A program made the translations under genes and the position numbers. From a virus, in the IMG/VR virus record IMGVR_UViG_3300036398_001591, positions 18,556-82,555 of that record: 64,000 nucleotides of DNA, one strand, 5' to 3'. Position 1 is the first letter of the stretch; each line of letters opens with the position of its first letter. Below the pieces are notes generated by a model, which ran no database searches, was not told where the DNA came from, and saw only the letters and a program-made list of their open reading frames with translations. Shown here one piece after another: positions 55,501-64,000 of this stretch.

Positions 55501-56931
55501 AGCCGCATTGGCTGTAATAGAGCCATTTATTGTGGCTACGTTAGCGGATATTCTAGTATTAATTACAGAATTTGCAGATGCCGCATTGGCCGTAATTGAG
55601 CCGTTGATTGTGGCTACGTTAGATGATATCTCACCTCTTAATGTAGCAACGTTAGCCGAAATGTTAGTATTAATAACTGAGTTGGCTGAAGCCGCATTAG
55701 CGGTAATAGAACCATTTATTGTGGCTACGTTGCTGGATATTTCACCTCTTAATGTAGCAACGTTAGCCGATATATTGGTGTTGATAACAGAATTTGCGGA
55801 TGCCGCATTGGCCGTAATTTCACCTCTTAATGTAGCAACGTTTGCGGATATGTTAGTATTAATAACGGCATTAGCACTTGCGGCATTAGCTGTAATCTCG
55901 CCTCTTAATGTAGCAACGTTGGCCGAAATTCTGGTGTTGATAATAGAATTGGCAGAAAGTTGAACATCATTAATTGTGTTGTTTATCGTTTGAACATTTG
56001 ACGATATTTCAGCGCGGAGGGATTCTACATTGGAACTAATATATGAATTTGTATTAGTTATTGATGTGTTTACTGTAACATAAGCCGCATTTGCCGTAGC
56101 ATAGCCAGCATTTGCGGTGTCATAAGATGCATTAGCTGTGGCATAGCCAGCGTTTGATGTAGCATAAGATGCATTTGACGTAGCGTAGGACGCATTGGCT
56201 GTGGCATAGCCAGCGTTTGCCGTAGCATAAGATGCATTGGCTGTAACATAAGATGCATTTGCCGTAGCGTAGGACGCATTCGCCGTGGCATAGGACGCAT
56301 TTGAAGTTGTATAACCAGCATTTGCGGTAGCATAAGATGCATTGGCTGTATCATAAGACGCATTTGCCGTGGCATAGGATGCATTAGCTTGGTTAAATGA
56401 TGGCTGAATTTGTGGTGTTACATTATTGGCTGCCTCATATGCCGCATTGGCTTGTGCATATGCACCATTTGCATAACTATCAATCGCAATCTTTTCGTAA
56501 TAAAAGCCAGTATTTGTTAAGAGCCAAGATTTATCAACTTCCGACCAAATAAGGGATGTATTTGGTTCATCACCTCTAGCAATTTCAATACCTGCATTTG
56601 AAATTGGAGTTCCATATGCATTTGCATTCAGTGTAATAATATTGTCGTTGACTAAAAGTATCTGTGTGTTTGTATAAACTGTGTTACCATTAACGACAAA
56701 ATCACCATTAATGGTAACACTACCACCAATCGTGCCGCCTGAAGAATCAAATTTTAAATTTGCTGTATCGTATGCAGAATTAGCGTGTGTGTATACGGTG
56801 TTAATTTGTGCATAAACCGGAATCAACCCTTGACCGGCCGGAACATATTGTATGTTTCTAACCTTTGTTGGGTTTTGTTGGCTACTTGATATTTTTACTG
56901 AGCCAATTGTTATTGTATTACCTGTCGCCAT
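52564..56931 (-). CDS. Long fibre protein with heptad and hendecad coiled-coil repeats
   Basis: (ANASYAT)n, (ANVATLRGEIT/SNVATINGSIT)n, VSKTGDTMTG fibre motif. Confidence 0.85.
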   Translation of the reverse strand: MATGNTITIGSVKISSSQQNPTKVRNIQYVPAGQGLIPVYAQINTVYTHANSAYDTANLKFDSSGGTIGGSVTINGDFVVNGNTVYTNTQILLVNDNIITLNANAYGTPISNAGIEIARGDEPNTSLIWSEVDKSWLLTNTGFYYEKIAIDSYANGAYAQANAAYEAANNVTPQIQPSFNQANASYATANASYDTANASYATANAGYTTSNASYATANASYATANASYVTANASYATANAGYATANASYATSNASYATSNAGYATANASYDTANAGYATANAAYVTVNTSITNTNSYISSNVESLRAEISSNVQTINNTINDVQLSANSIINTRISANVATLRGEITANAASANAVINTNISANVATLRGEITANAASANSVINTNISANVATLRGEISSNVATINGSITANAASANSVINTNISANVATLRGEISSNVATINGSITANAASANSVINTRISANVATINGSITANAASANSVINTNISANVATLRGEISSNVATINGSITANAASANSVINTNISANVATLRGEITSNAASANSVINTRISANVATINGSITANAASANSVINTNISANVATLRGEISSNVSTINGSITANAASANSVINTNISANVATINGSITSNVATLRGEITSNATSSNSYVNSVLSANVDILRGEISSNVTTINSSIATQSLSANLAMDQKITANVATLRGEISGNVATINGSITSNVVTINGSIASNVATLRGEITANAASANSVINTNISANVATLRGEITANATSANSVINTNISANVATINGSITSNVATLNGSITSNVATLRGEITANAASANSVINTNISANVATLRGEISGNVAALNGSITSNVSTINGSIAANTTTLRGEISANVATLRGEITANNTAANQYTDGRITANVATINGSITANAVSANSVINTNISANVATLRGEITANVATINGSITANAASANSVINTNISANVATLRGEISSNVSTINGSITANAVSTNSVINSTVSANVATLRGEISTNAASANALSVSMIAANLATIRGEVTSNVNTLNSSITGNASTLRLNTDSYITANMATANVIINSRITANASSTNLYTNSIVSTNVATLRGEITGNAALKVSKTGDTMTGPLYLTGATANLYAGTVTANGNLTVGIATGNTGVMLYDAERARLGVNRSDPRYTLDVNGEGFITGNVIITGNLQVQGSFSTISSANLDVQTNVITMSAGLTTAITPTSNNQLVINRGNQSNTYLRWNEFGITGGQWVISANGNTDGIIVSTENTFQNWSSFAAADAYKQIGLPIGGRLGWSVSNMANAAYATANAGYSTANAGYATANAGYATANAAYAVANTATTNITVIDDISAYFDGIMRTFNLYADSNVVNILASEQILVQLGGMSIPPFINTYDIVFGSNFLAFTKGYSVANTGSVSQISFSSAPQTNMDCTIRVLAPNQITVAQTKRYPFSPIAIMTGY

Positions 56932-57282
56932 TTATAACATACCTGCTGTTTTTGTTACTTGCGGTAAAACATTAACAATTCCTTCCAAAACTCTCACCCT
57001 AATATTTTGAGCCGATGTAATATACACATCATAAACGTATCTTCCCGCATAAATATTTGCCGTATTTGCCGAAGTCATACTCATGGTTATTGTTCCTTCA
57101 GAACCACCCGTTTCAATTAAGAATGTTGCTGATGCATTTGATGAGTAATAAGACTTTCTCATTTGAGAAGTTGCTGTATAACTCACCAAATTCATAGGCG
57201 TGCCAGACACATCATCAAGAGTGATTGTAGTATTAAAGTCTGCGCCTTGTTCTAAGAATAGTTCTGAATAACCTGCTGGCAT
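56932..57282 (-). CDS. Conserved virion protein (fibre/baseplate adaptor-like)
   Basis: EQGADF, QMRKSY, GRYVYDV and RVLEG. Confidence 0.78.
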   Translation of the reverse strand: MPAGYSELFLEQGADFNTTITLDDVSGTPMNLVSYTATSQMRKSYYSSNASATFLIETGGSEGTITMSMTSANTANIYAGRYVYDVYITSAQNIRVRVLEGIVNVLPQVTKTAGML

Positions 57283-57339
57283 AACGTTAGTTTCCTTTTA
57301 ATATATTATATTTATTGGCTTCGGGAACTTAACGGTAAC

Positions 57340-60300
57340 TTAAGGGTTTTTTTTCTTCAGTTCTTTTATTTCATTCGACAATTCTTTAACCGCTTCAATG
57401 AGAACGCCAACTATGTTACCATATGCAACTGACAAATATTCGGATTCATTTTCTTTATGCACAACTTCCGGTAAAACCTTTTGAATTTCTTGTGCAATAA
57501 CACCAACACCAGTCCTACCTTCCCGGTCAAATCTTACTCCTCTCATATTTTCGATACACAGGAGAGCATTTTCAATAGTTTGAATATTAGTTTTTAATCT
57601 TTCATCTGAATATGCTGTTATATTACCAGGAGCAGTTAAGTCTCCTGTGCTAGGATTGAATGTGAATGCTGTTGCTGTTGTTCTAACACTCGGTGTTTGA
57701 TTGGAGCCTGCACCCGCAATAAACACTGGATAAAATGTAGCATTTGTTGTTGTATCTGTTGCATTAATTGCAGTTGATGGTCCAATTGGTCCAATCGGTC
57801 CAATGGGTCCGATAGGTCCTTGTGGACCAAGTGGTCCGATGGGTCCAATTGGTCCGATAGGTCCAATCGGTCCGATAGGTCCTTGTGGACCTGTTGGTCC
57901 TGTTAAACCAATTGGTCCGATGGGTCCTTGTGGACCTGTTGGTCCTGTTGGTCCTGCTAGTCCAATTGGTCCGATAGGTCCAATCGGTCCGATAGGTCCT
58001 TGTGGACCTGTTGGTCCAGCTAAACCAATTGGTCCAATAGGTCCTTGTGGTCCTGTGTTGCCTATTGGTCCAATCGGTCCGATAGGTCCTTGTGGACCTG
58101 TTGGTCCAGCTAAACCAATTGGTCCAATAGGTCCTTGTGGTCCAGTTGGGCCAGCTAAACCAATCGGTCCAATAGGTCCTTGTGGTCCTGTTGGTCCAGT
58201 TAAACCAATTGGTCCAATAGGTCCTTGTGGTCCAATTGGTCCAATAGGTCCTTGTGGTCCAATTGGTCCGATAGGTCCAATAGGTCCTTGTGGTCCCGAT
58301 GGTCCAGCTTGACCTGCTCTGGTGAATTGTATCATCACCAAATCACCGTTGGTAAATGAACCTACACCAGAAACGTATGTGAGTGCAACAGTTCTGTAAC
58401 CTGTTGAGTTGGTTACAGTGCCTGTTGCATATACTGCATATTTGGTTGTTGGTGCACCAAATACGGAAAGTCTAATGTATCCTTTAGTTGCACCGTTTGC
58501 TTGACCCCATTCAGTAGTAATTGCAGAAATATCATTACCATATGTGTCAAGGTCATCGAAATAACCAGCAGTTGCAGATCCAGGAACAGCATTGAGCCTA
58601 AAGAAACCTGCACCAGGATCAGAAGCTGTAGTTGTTGTTGAATATTGTTGTGCGACACCAAGAACTGCACCAGAATTCAATACGTTAGCAGAAACTTTTG
58701 CGTTTACATCCAAACGCATCGCATTGATTTGATTAGCTGTAGCGGCTAGTGTTGTGCTTGTGCTTGTGTTCGAGTCATTCAACTGAACAATACCAGCATT
58801 GTTTGTATTTGCTACATACTTTTCAGTAACGATTGTGTAGTAAGTGTTTTGTTCTGCACCTGCGGCACCATTTATGCCACGAATTTTCCATTGTTTGTCT
58901 GCGTTTTCAAACTGAATGTATGCATTAGGTGTGAATGTTGCATTTGTATTTTCACCACGATTGATACCAAAACGTCCAGATTGTGATGCAGTAATTGGTG
59001 TTGAGCCATATAAAGAAAATTCATTCGAATTATAAACTGTACCACCTTCAATAACAAAATTACCCCTAACAGTAAAATCTTTACCAGCAATGATAGAATT
59101 GTTTGCAAAAATATTAGTTGCATTTATAGACGGTGTGTAAATCTCCGTATTAGCTGTCAAGAACCTTGTATTGATATTATCAACAACAGAAATAACTTGT
59201 ACATTCGCAGACTGTAAATTAGCAATTCCGTTGGAGGTTAATCTGTTTGTGTATATGTGTGTGACTGCTGAAATTGAACCAGCATTCAATGTGTTTGCAT
59301 TAGCAACACCGAAAATGTTAGCGGAACCACCAGACAATACTGTATTAGCAGTAATTGTTCCGCCAACTAGACTTGTGTTGGCAATTATCGTGGCAATTCT
59401 AGCAGAACCCGCATCAATACCATTGATTACGTTGGCAGAACCACCGGACAATATTGTATTAGCAGTTAAAGTACCACCAACTAAACTTGTATTGGCTATG
59501 ATTGTGTTGATTCTAGCGGAGCCAGCATCGATGCCATTGATTACATTGGCTGAACCGCCGGACAATACAGTATTAGCCGTTAAAGTACCACCAACCAAAG
59601 ATGTATTAGCAACAAGAATACCAATTCTAGCCGAACCCGCATCAATACCATTAATTACATTGGCTGAACCAACGTTTAGTTGGGTGTTGGCGGTTAAAGT
59701 GCCACCAACCAAGGATGTATTGGCTATGATTGTGTTGATTCTAGCCGAACCCGCATCAATACCATTAATTACATTGGCTGAACCACCAGACAATACTGTG
59801 TTGGCAGTTAGAGTACCACCAACCAAGGATGTGTTGGCTATGATTGTCGCAATTCTAGCAGAGCCAGCATCAATCCCGTTGATTACGTTAGCTGAACCAA
59901 CGTTTAGTTGGGTGTTGGCGGTTAGAGTACCACCAACCAAAGATGTGTTGGCAACAAGAATACCAATTCTAGCAGTGCTTGCATCAATCCCGTTGATTAC
60001 GTTAGCTGAACCAACGTTTAGTTGGGTGTTGGCAGTTAGAGTACCACCAACCAAGGATGTGTTGGCTATGATTGTCGCAATTCTAGCAGTGCTTGCATCA
60101 ATCCCGTTGATTACGTTAGCTGAACCAACGTTTAGTTGGGTGTTGGCGGTTAAAGTACCACCAACTAAACTTGTGTTGGCAATTATCGTGGCAATTCTAG
60201 CGGAGCCTGCATCAAGTAAACCAACAATGTTAGCTGTGCTGGTATTTAACTGTGTATTGGCTGTAATTGTGCCACCGACCAAACTTGTGTTGGCAATTAC

Positions 60301-60894
60301 TGTGGCAATTCTGGCTGAACCAGCATCTAATAGACCAACAACGTTAGCAAATGCGGCATTTATTGCACCATTTGCTGTAAGTGTTGTGGCAAATGTCGTT
60401 GTTGTGTGTGCTAATGGTGTTATGATCCAAGTGTTGGATGTTAAGTTTGCAACTCTTGTATTACCACCAACAACTAAATTGTTTGCAAGTGTTGTGTTAC
60501 CATTAAGGGTAGTATTATTTGCAACATAAAGGCTAGGGCCACCTGCATTGTTTAGACCTGTACCGAGAATTTGTAGATTTGCAATGTTCGCCACACCTGC
60601 AACATTAAGTCCAAGACCTATTGTATTTGCCGCAAAAATTGTGCCTTGAGAAACTGTTAAGTTATTTTGAATAGTTGCAGAAGAACCTGTACCAGTAACT
60701 TGAAAGGAACCTTGAACGATTGCATCATTCGCAACTTGCAAACCAGTTCCGGCGGAACTTACAATGAAAGTGCCGGTATTTTTGGTATAATTGTTTGCAC
60801 CAATATCATTGGTTTCCGCCAATACCCTATTGGTTGTAGTTACCCAATCACCAAATGTGTTGGCATAGTTTAGTGGTGTAATTTGATTAGCCAT
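57340..60894 (-). CDS. Tail fibre with 38-aa beta repeats, collagen tract and S74 chaperone
   Basis: [11 protein letters not shown] anchor, tandem 38-aa repeats, GPI collagen, SDERLKTNI...GVIAQE. Confidence 0.88.
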   Translation of the reverse strand: MANQITPLNYANTFGDWVTTTNRVLAETNDIGANNYTKNTGTFIVSSAGTGLQVANDAIVQGSFQVTGTGSSATIQNNLTVSQGTIFAANTIGLGLNVAGVANIANLQILGTGLNNAGGPSLYVANNTTLNGNTTLANNLVVGGNTRVANLTSNTWIITPLAHTTTTFATTLTANGAINAAFANVVGLLDAGSARIATVIANTSLVGGTITANTQLNTSTANIVGLLDAGSARIATIIANTSLVGGTLTANTQLNVGSANVINGIDASTARIATIIANTSLVGGTLTANTQLNVGSANVINGIDASTARIGILVANTSLVGGTLTANTQLNVGSANVINGIDAGSARIATIIANTSLVGGTLTANTVLSGGSANVINGIDAGSARINTIIANTSLVGGTLTANTQLNVGSANVINGIDAGSARIGILVANTSLVGGTLTANTVLSGGSANVINGIDAGSARINTIIANTSLVGGTLTANTILSGGSANVINGIDAGSARIATIIANTSLVGGTITANTVLSGGSANIFGVANANTLNAGSISAVTHIYTNRLTSNGIANLQSANVQVISVVDNINTRFLTANTEIYTPSINATNIFANNSIIAGKDFTVRGNFVIEGGTVYNSNEFSLYGSTPITASQSGRFGINRGENTNATFTPNAYIQFENADKQWKIRGINGAAGAEQNTYYTIVTEKYVANTNNAGIVQLNDSNTSTSTTLAATANQINAMRLDVNAKVSANVLNSGAVLGVAQQYSTTTTASDPGAGFFRLNAVPGSATAGYFDDLDTYGNDISAITTEWGQANGATKGYIRLSVFGAPTTKYAVYATGTVTNSTGYRTVALTYVSGVGSFTNGDLVMIQFTRAGQAGPSGPQGPIGPIGPIGPQGPIGPIGPQGPIGPIGLTGPTGPQGPIGPIGLAGPTGPQGPIGPIGLAGPTGPQGPIGPIGPIGNTGPQGPIGPIGLAGPTGPQGPIGPIGPIGPIGLAGPTGPTGPQGPIGPIGLTGPTGPQGPIGPIGPIGPIGPIGPLGPQGPIGPIGPIGPIGPSTAINATDTTTNATFYPVFIAGAGSNQTPSVRTTATAFTFNPSTGDLTAPGNITAYSDERLKTNIQTIENALLCIENMRGVRFDREGRTGVGVIAQEIQKVLPEVVHKENESEYLSVAYGNIVGVLIEAVKELSNEIKELKKKNP

Positions 60895-61114
60895 TTCCGC
60901 CTTTACCTATTAATTGCTTCAGCAAATCTTTAATATCGTTAACATCATTTTTGATTGATGAGATTTCTGTCTTTATGTTATTTATTTCTTCTTTTTGTCG
61001 CTTAATCACTTTTGTTTTGTTTAAATACTCCTCTTTAGCACTTCTATCATTATTGATGAGTGCCATAGAGGTAGTATCTCTCAAATAATTTGTATCATTA
61101 ACTTGCAATAGCAT
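60887..61114 (-). CDS. Conserved small coiled-coil protein
   Basis: YLRD..S.A.IN...IK.D...IK.LL pattern that follows VrlC-like genes. Confidence 0.75.
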   Translation of the reverse strand: MLLQVNDTNYLRDTTSMALINNDRSAKEEYLNKTKVIKRQKEEINNIKTEISSIKNDVNDIKDLLKQLIGKGGNG

Positions 61115-61115
61115 A

Positions 61116-63998
61116 TCAAACACCAGAAGGTAGAGCGAGAACTCTTAAATCATGCAGTATAGGTGTTCTTGTTGAATCAGAAGTTGCCAAAACTATCTTT
61201 ATAGCAAATTGGCTAAACTGGTCATAATTTAAACCACTTGTACTTGTGTAAGAAATTTTATTATCAGGTGTATTGTTTGTTCCTGGAGCATGAACAAACT
61301 CCCTCAAGTCATCTCTACTCAAAGAGAATGAGTTTGAGCCTTCTATTTCAGTCATAATTTTCCAGTTTTGGTCTTCAAATTTTTCAGTGTCATTTCTATT
61401 TTGAATTTTATAATATACATTTATGCTTGAGCCGACAGGCTTATATGCTGTATAATATACACGAATATCACCAGAGTCGTTACCTGGAGTTAACACAACT
61501 TTTTTGGTTATGTATTTCGCTAAACCATTTCCACCTGAACTGGATGTTTCACCTTCAACCACAGCAGTTGCTGAGATTGCACCACTGTTTGCCGCTATAG
61601 TTACTGTTGGAGTTGTTATGTATCCAGATCCACCAGTGGTGATATTGATTTTATCTACAATAAAACCACCTGTTCCGTTTGACACCAAGTTTGCTGTTGC
61701 AAATGCTTGTTGACCTCCCAACGCAGTGGGTGCGGAAATTGTTACTGAAGGTGGTGTGGATGTATATACAGCAGTTATATTTGCCGTATTACCACTTGTC
61801 ACACGCACATCTGTGTTTGCTATTTCCATATTTGAAATGGAATACTTAATCGCATATACAGAAAGTCCATCATCGGATAAAACCGGAGAAACATACTTAT
61901 CACTTGAAGACAATCTTGCCGTAACAACGAAAGAACTATTCGAGTTTGCGTCAAGCACTCTTGGACCATTTCCATCATCAAGATAGATGTGGTCCTGCAT
62001 TGTTGTACCAAACTTACCAGGCTGAATATCTTTAGTTGAATCAGCAGTGTAATTAGAATACAAAGACGGTGTGTATGTGTAAGAAAGATTGGTGTTTGTT
62101 GGTATAAAATCAGTTGTTGTAACGTTAAACGCATCAACAATTACATCTTCAGCGTATAGTGTTCCGTCTATGTTAGAGGCTGTGTTTGCGTTACTAATAT
62201 ATTCCAAATCATTAAACATTTTTTTACGAAGGGGTATCTTCTTAGGTACAACATATTGCACTGTTGGTGCGGCTGCCGTATCGAATATACAGTTATCGAT
62301 AGTGAACATCAGATTCTTTGTTTGATCTGCGGTCCAAGTTATACCGTTCTGTGATTCGAATAGTGCTCCGATATATGGTGAACCACCAATTTTTGTAATT
62401 ACGGATGGTTCTGGATCAGAAGGTAAATTTTTAACTGAAGATGGTATAGCAATTGAGTTTTGAGCGGCAGCCCAAACTGTATAATCTGCTGATGTTGTCT
62501 GTAAAATAAATGCAAATAAATTTCCAGAGCGTATAAAAACAGGTGCCTCAAATTCAAATTCAGTAAATGTTGAACTATTTAAATATTGTGGATTAACTGA
62601 AACATTAATTTCTTGAGCAGTTTTTGTAACAAGACTACCATCAAGAACTTGTCCGTTCGGATAACCGTTGAGTGTGTCAGTTATAAACAATTTTACAGGT
62701 ACAGCAGATGTTCCTGTAGGTTTAGTTCTGAAGAATAGTTTGATCGATTTAATGAACGCACCATTTGGATAAGTTGCTTGATCGATAATAAATGTTTGTG
62801 CTATCGGATCAACCGTAAACGTGGTCGTATTGATTAGTTGATTTGATACCCTTTCTGTAGCAGTAAACACGGTGCTTTTTGCGGCAGCTTGTATTGTTCC
62901 ACCAAAGTTGAGTGAAGTACTCTTTGTTGAAATGGATGATGCAGTAAAAATACCTTGAGCAAAAGTGGTAGCAGAACTTGGAGTAGTATCTGTTGCTCTA
63001 TTATCAATTCTAATTATTTTATCACCGGTTCTAAACGTTCCACCAGGCAACTGTAACAATGCAGTAAAGCTACCTTGTTCATCAGTGGAAAGATTAGGAA
63101 CTTTTTGAGATGACGTTGATTGTGTCATCAAGAATGTTGTACCTTTTATAGAATAATTACTTACTATTCGAGTTGACTGTCCTCCAGGTGACGAAGCATT
63201 ATTACCAAAGGACAAATTAACCACATTCGAAAGTGTAGCAACTTTTGTGGACCCAACATAATCACTTATTGTAGCAGAAAATGTTTCATTGAATGTTTCA
63301 TATTCAATGTACTCATATGATATTGTCACTCTTCTTCTACGCCAGCCTCTTCTAACTGTTGTATAACCAGTTTTAGTAATTTGTCTTTGGTTGAGTGTGT
63401 TAAAAGTTATGGTTGAACCATTATAGAAATCATCCGCACTCGAAGACATGGCAGAAAGTGTAACCGTATTTGCACCAGTTACATAAGTGCCGCCACCAGG
63501 AAGCGTAGAACTTGAACCTGATCCTGCTGATTGAACTTCACCGCTCAACGAAATTTGAAACGATGCGGCGCTCGAATAGGTTCCACTACCCGAAGGTGTT
63601 CCCGTGTATTGTCCGGAGATATTAAACTTACCTGCTATTAATGTAGAAGAAGGTGAATATGCAGACTGTGATTTATTATCGGAAGATAAGTACAATCTTA
63701 CTTTATTAGACGATAATTTACTTACAGAAACAACCCTTGCTGTTGGAACAAAATTGCCAGACGATATGTAACCTACAACATCACCTTCTTCAAATACACC
63801 AGTAACGTTTGTTAATTCCACAATGTTAGGATATACAATATAGTCATTAACTTTTGTTCCATCGAAATACACCGATACTTGTGTATTAATCTTCATACCT
63901 TTTGCTCTCAGAATTAAATTCTGGGAACGTATGTATGGCTGAACTGAAATATCTGTAATAAAATTTCCACTCACAGAAGAAACTTTATCGTAATTGCC
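61116..63998 (-). CDS. Large structural protein (VrlC/DUF4815-like), 5'-truncated by the window edge
   Basis: PYIRS, DPIAQTF, LFESQNG.TW and F.QFAIKIV motifs; frame stays open to the window end. Confidence 0.85.
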   Translation of the reverse strand, partial: GNYDKVSSVSGNFITDISVQPYIRSQNLILRAKGMKINTQVSVYFDGTKVNDYIVYPNIVELTNVTGVFEEGDVVGYISSGNFVPTARVVSVSKLSSNKVRLYLSSDNKSQSAYSPSSTLIAGKFNISGQYTGTPSGSGTYSSAASFQISLSGEVQSAGSGSSSTLPGGGTYVTGANTVTLSAMSSSADDFYNGSTITFNTLNQRQITKTGYTTVRRGWRRRRVTISYEYIEYETFNETFSATISDYVGSTKVATLSNVVNLSFGNNASSPGGQSTRIVSNYSIKGTTFLMTQSTSSQKVPNLSTDEQGSFTALLQLPGGTFRTGDKIIRIDNRATDTTPSSATTFAQGIFTASSISTKSTSLNFGGTIQAAAKSTVFTATERVSNQLINTTTFTVDPIAQTFIIDQATYPNGAFIKSIKLFFRTKPTGTSAVPVKLFITDTLNGYPNGQVLDGSLVTKTAQEINVSVNPQYLNSSTFTEFEFEAPVFIRSGNLFAFILQTTSADYTVWAAAQNSIAIPSSVKNLPSDPEPSVITKIGGSPYIGALFESQNGITWTADQTKNLMFTIDNCIFDTAAAPTVQYVVPKKIPLRKKMFNDLEYISNANTASNIDGTLYAEDVIVDAFNVTTTDFIPTNTNLSYTYTPSLYSNYTADSTKDIQPGKFGTTMQDHIYLDDGNGPRVLDANSNSSFVVTARLSSSDKYVSPVLSDDGLSVYAIKYSISNMEIANTDVRVTSGNTANITAVYTSTPPSVTISAPTALGGQQAFATANLVSNGTGGFIVDKINITTGGSGYITTPTVTIAANSGAISATAVVEGETSSSGGNGLAKYITKKVVLTPGNDSGDIRVYYTAYKPVGSSINVYYKIQNRNDTEKFEDQNWKIMTEIEGSNSFSLSRDDLREFVHAPGTNNTPDNKISYTSTSGLNYDQFSQFAIKIVLATSDSTRTPILHDLRVLALPSGV

Positions 63999-64000
63999 AG

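Noticed and set aside
53801-60529. Long plus-strand ORFs (up to 452 aa) antisense to the fibre repeats
   Set aside because: Stop-free antisense frames are expected from repeated Ala/Asn/Thr/Ile codons

Overview
64 kb segment of a large, AT-rich T4-like (Tevenvirinae-related) myophage. Essentially all genes lie on the minus strand and read in the standard code; I saw no introns, inteins, homing endonucleases, integrase, reverse transcriptase or CRISPR array. In the direction of transcription (right to left) it holds: (1) a partial VrlC/DUF4815-like structural gene and several repeat-rich fibre genes (two Gly-Pro-Ile collagen fibres with S74 chaperones, a hendecad coiled-coil fibre, a triple RCC1-propeller protein); (2) a modification island (TPR-GT9 glycosyltransferase, sulfotransferase, three methyltransferases, a GT-A-like protein and an APS-kinase/HxGH-nucleotidyltransferase fusion); (3) the T4 neck/tail/head core (gp13-gp23, gp3); (4) uvsY-uvsW-gp55-gp47-gp46; (5) auxiliary genes (def, DUF4338, 2OG-Fe(II) oxygenase, TagD-like); (6) gp1-gp45-gp44-gp62-regA-hsp20; (7) rubrerythrin/rubredoxin and dCMP deaminase; (8) a dense tRNA array. 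Three candidates stand out. First, a possible virion glycosylation/sulfation system paired with Ala-Asn/sequon-rich structural proteins. Second, a nested triple beta-propeller adhesin with a constant framework and variable loops. Third, a tRNA locus with rrn-like promoters and boxA, a leader-peptide attenuator, CCA-sequestering hairpins and several non-canonical tRNA-like RNAs. All product calls come from motif recognition and synteny; no database search was run.
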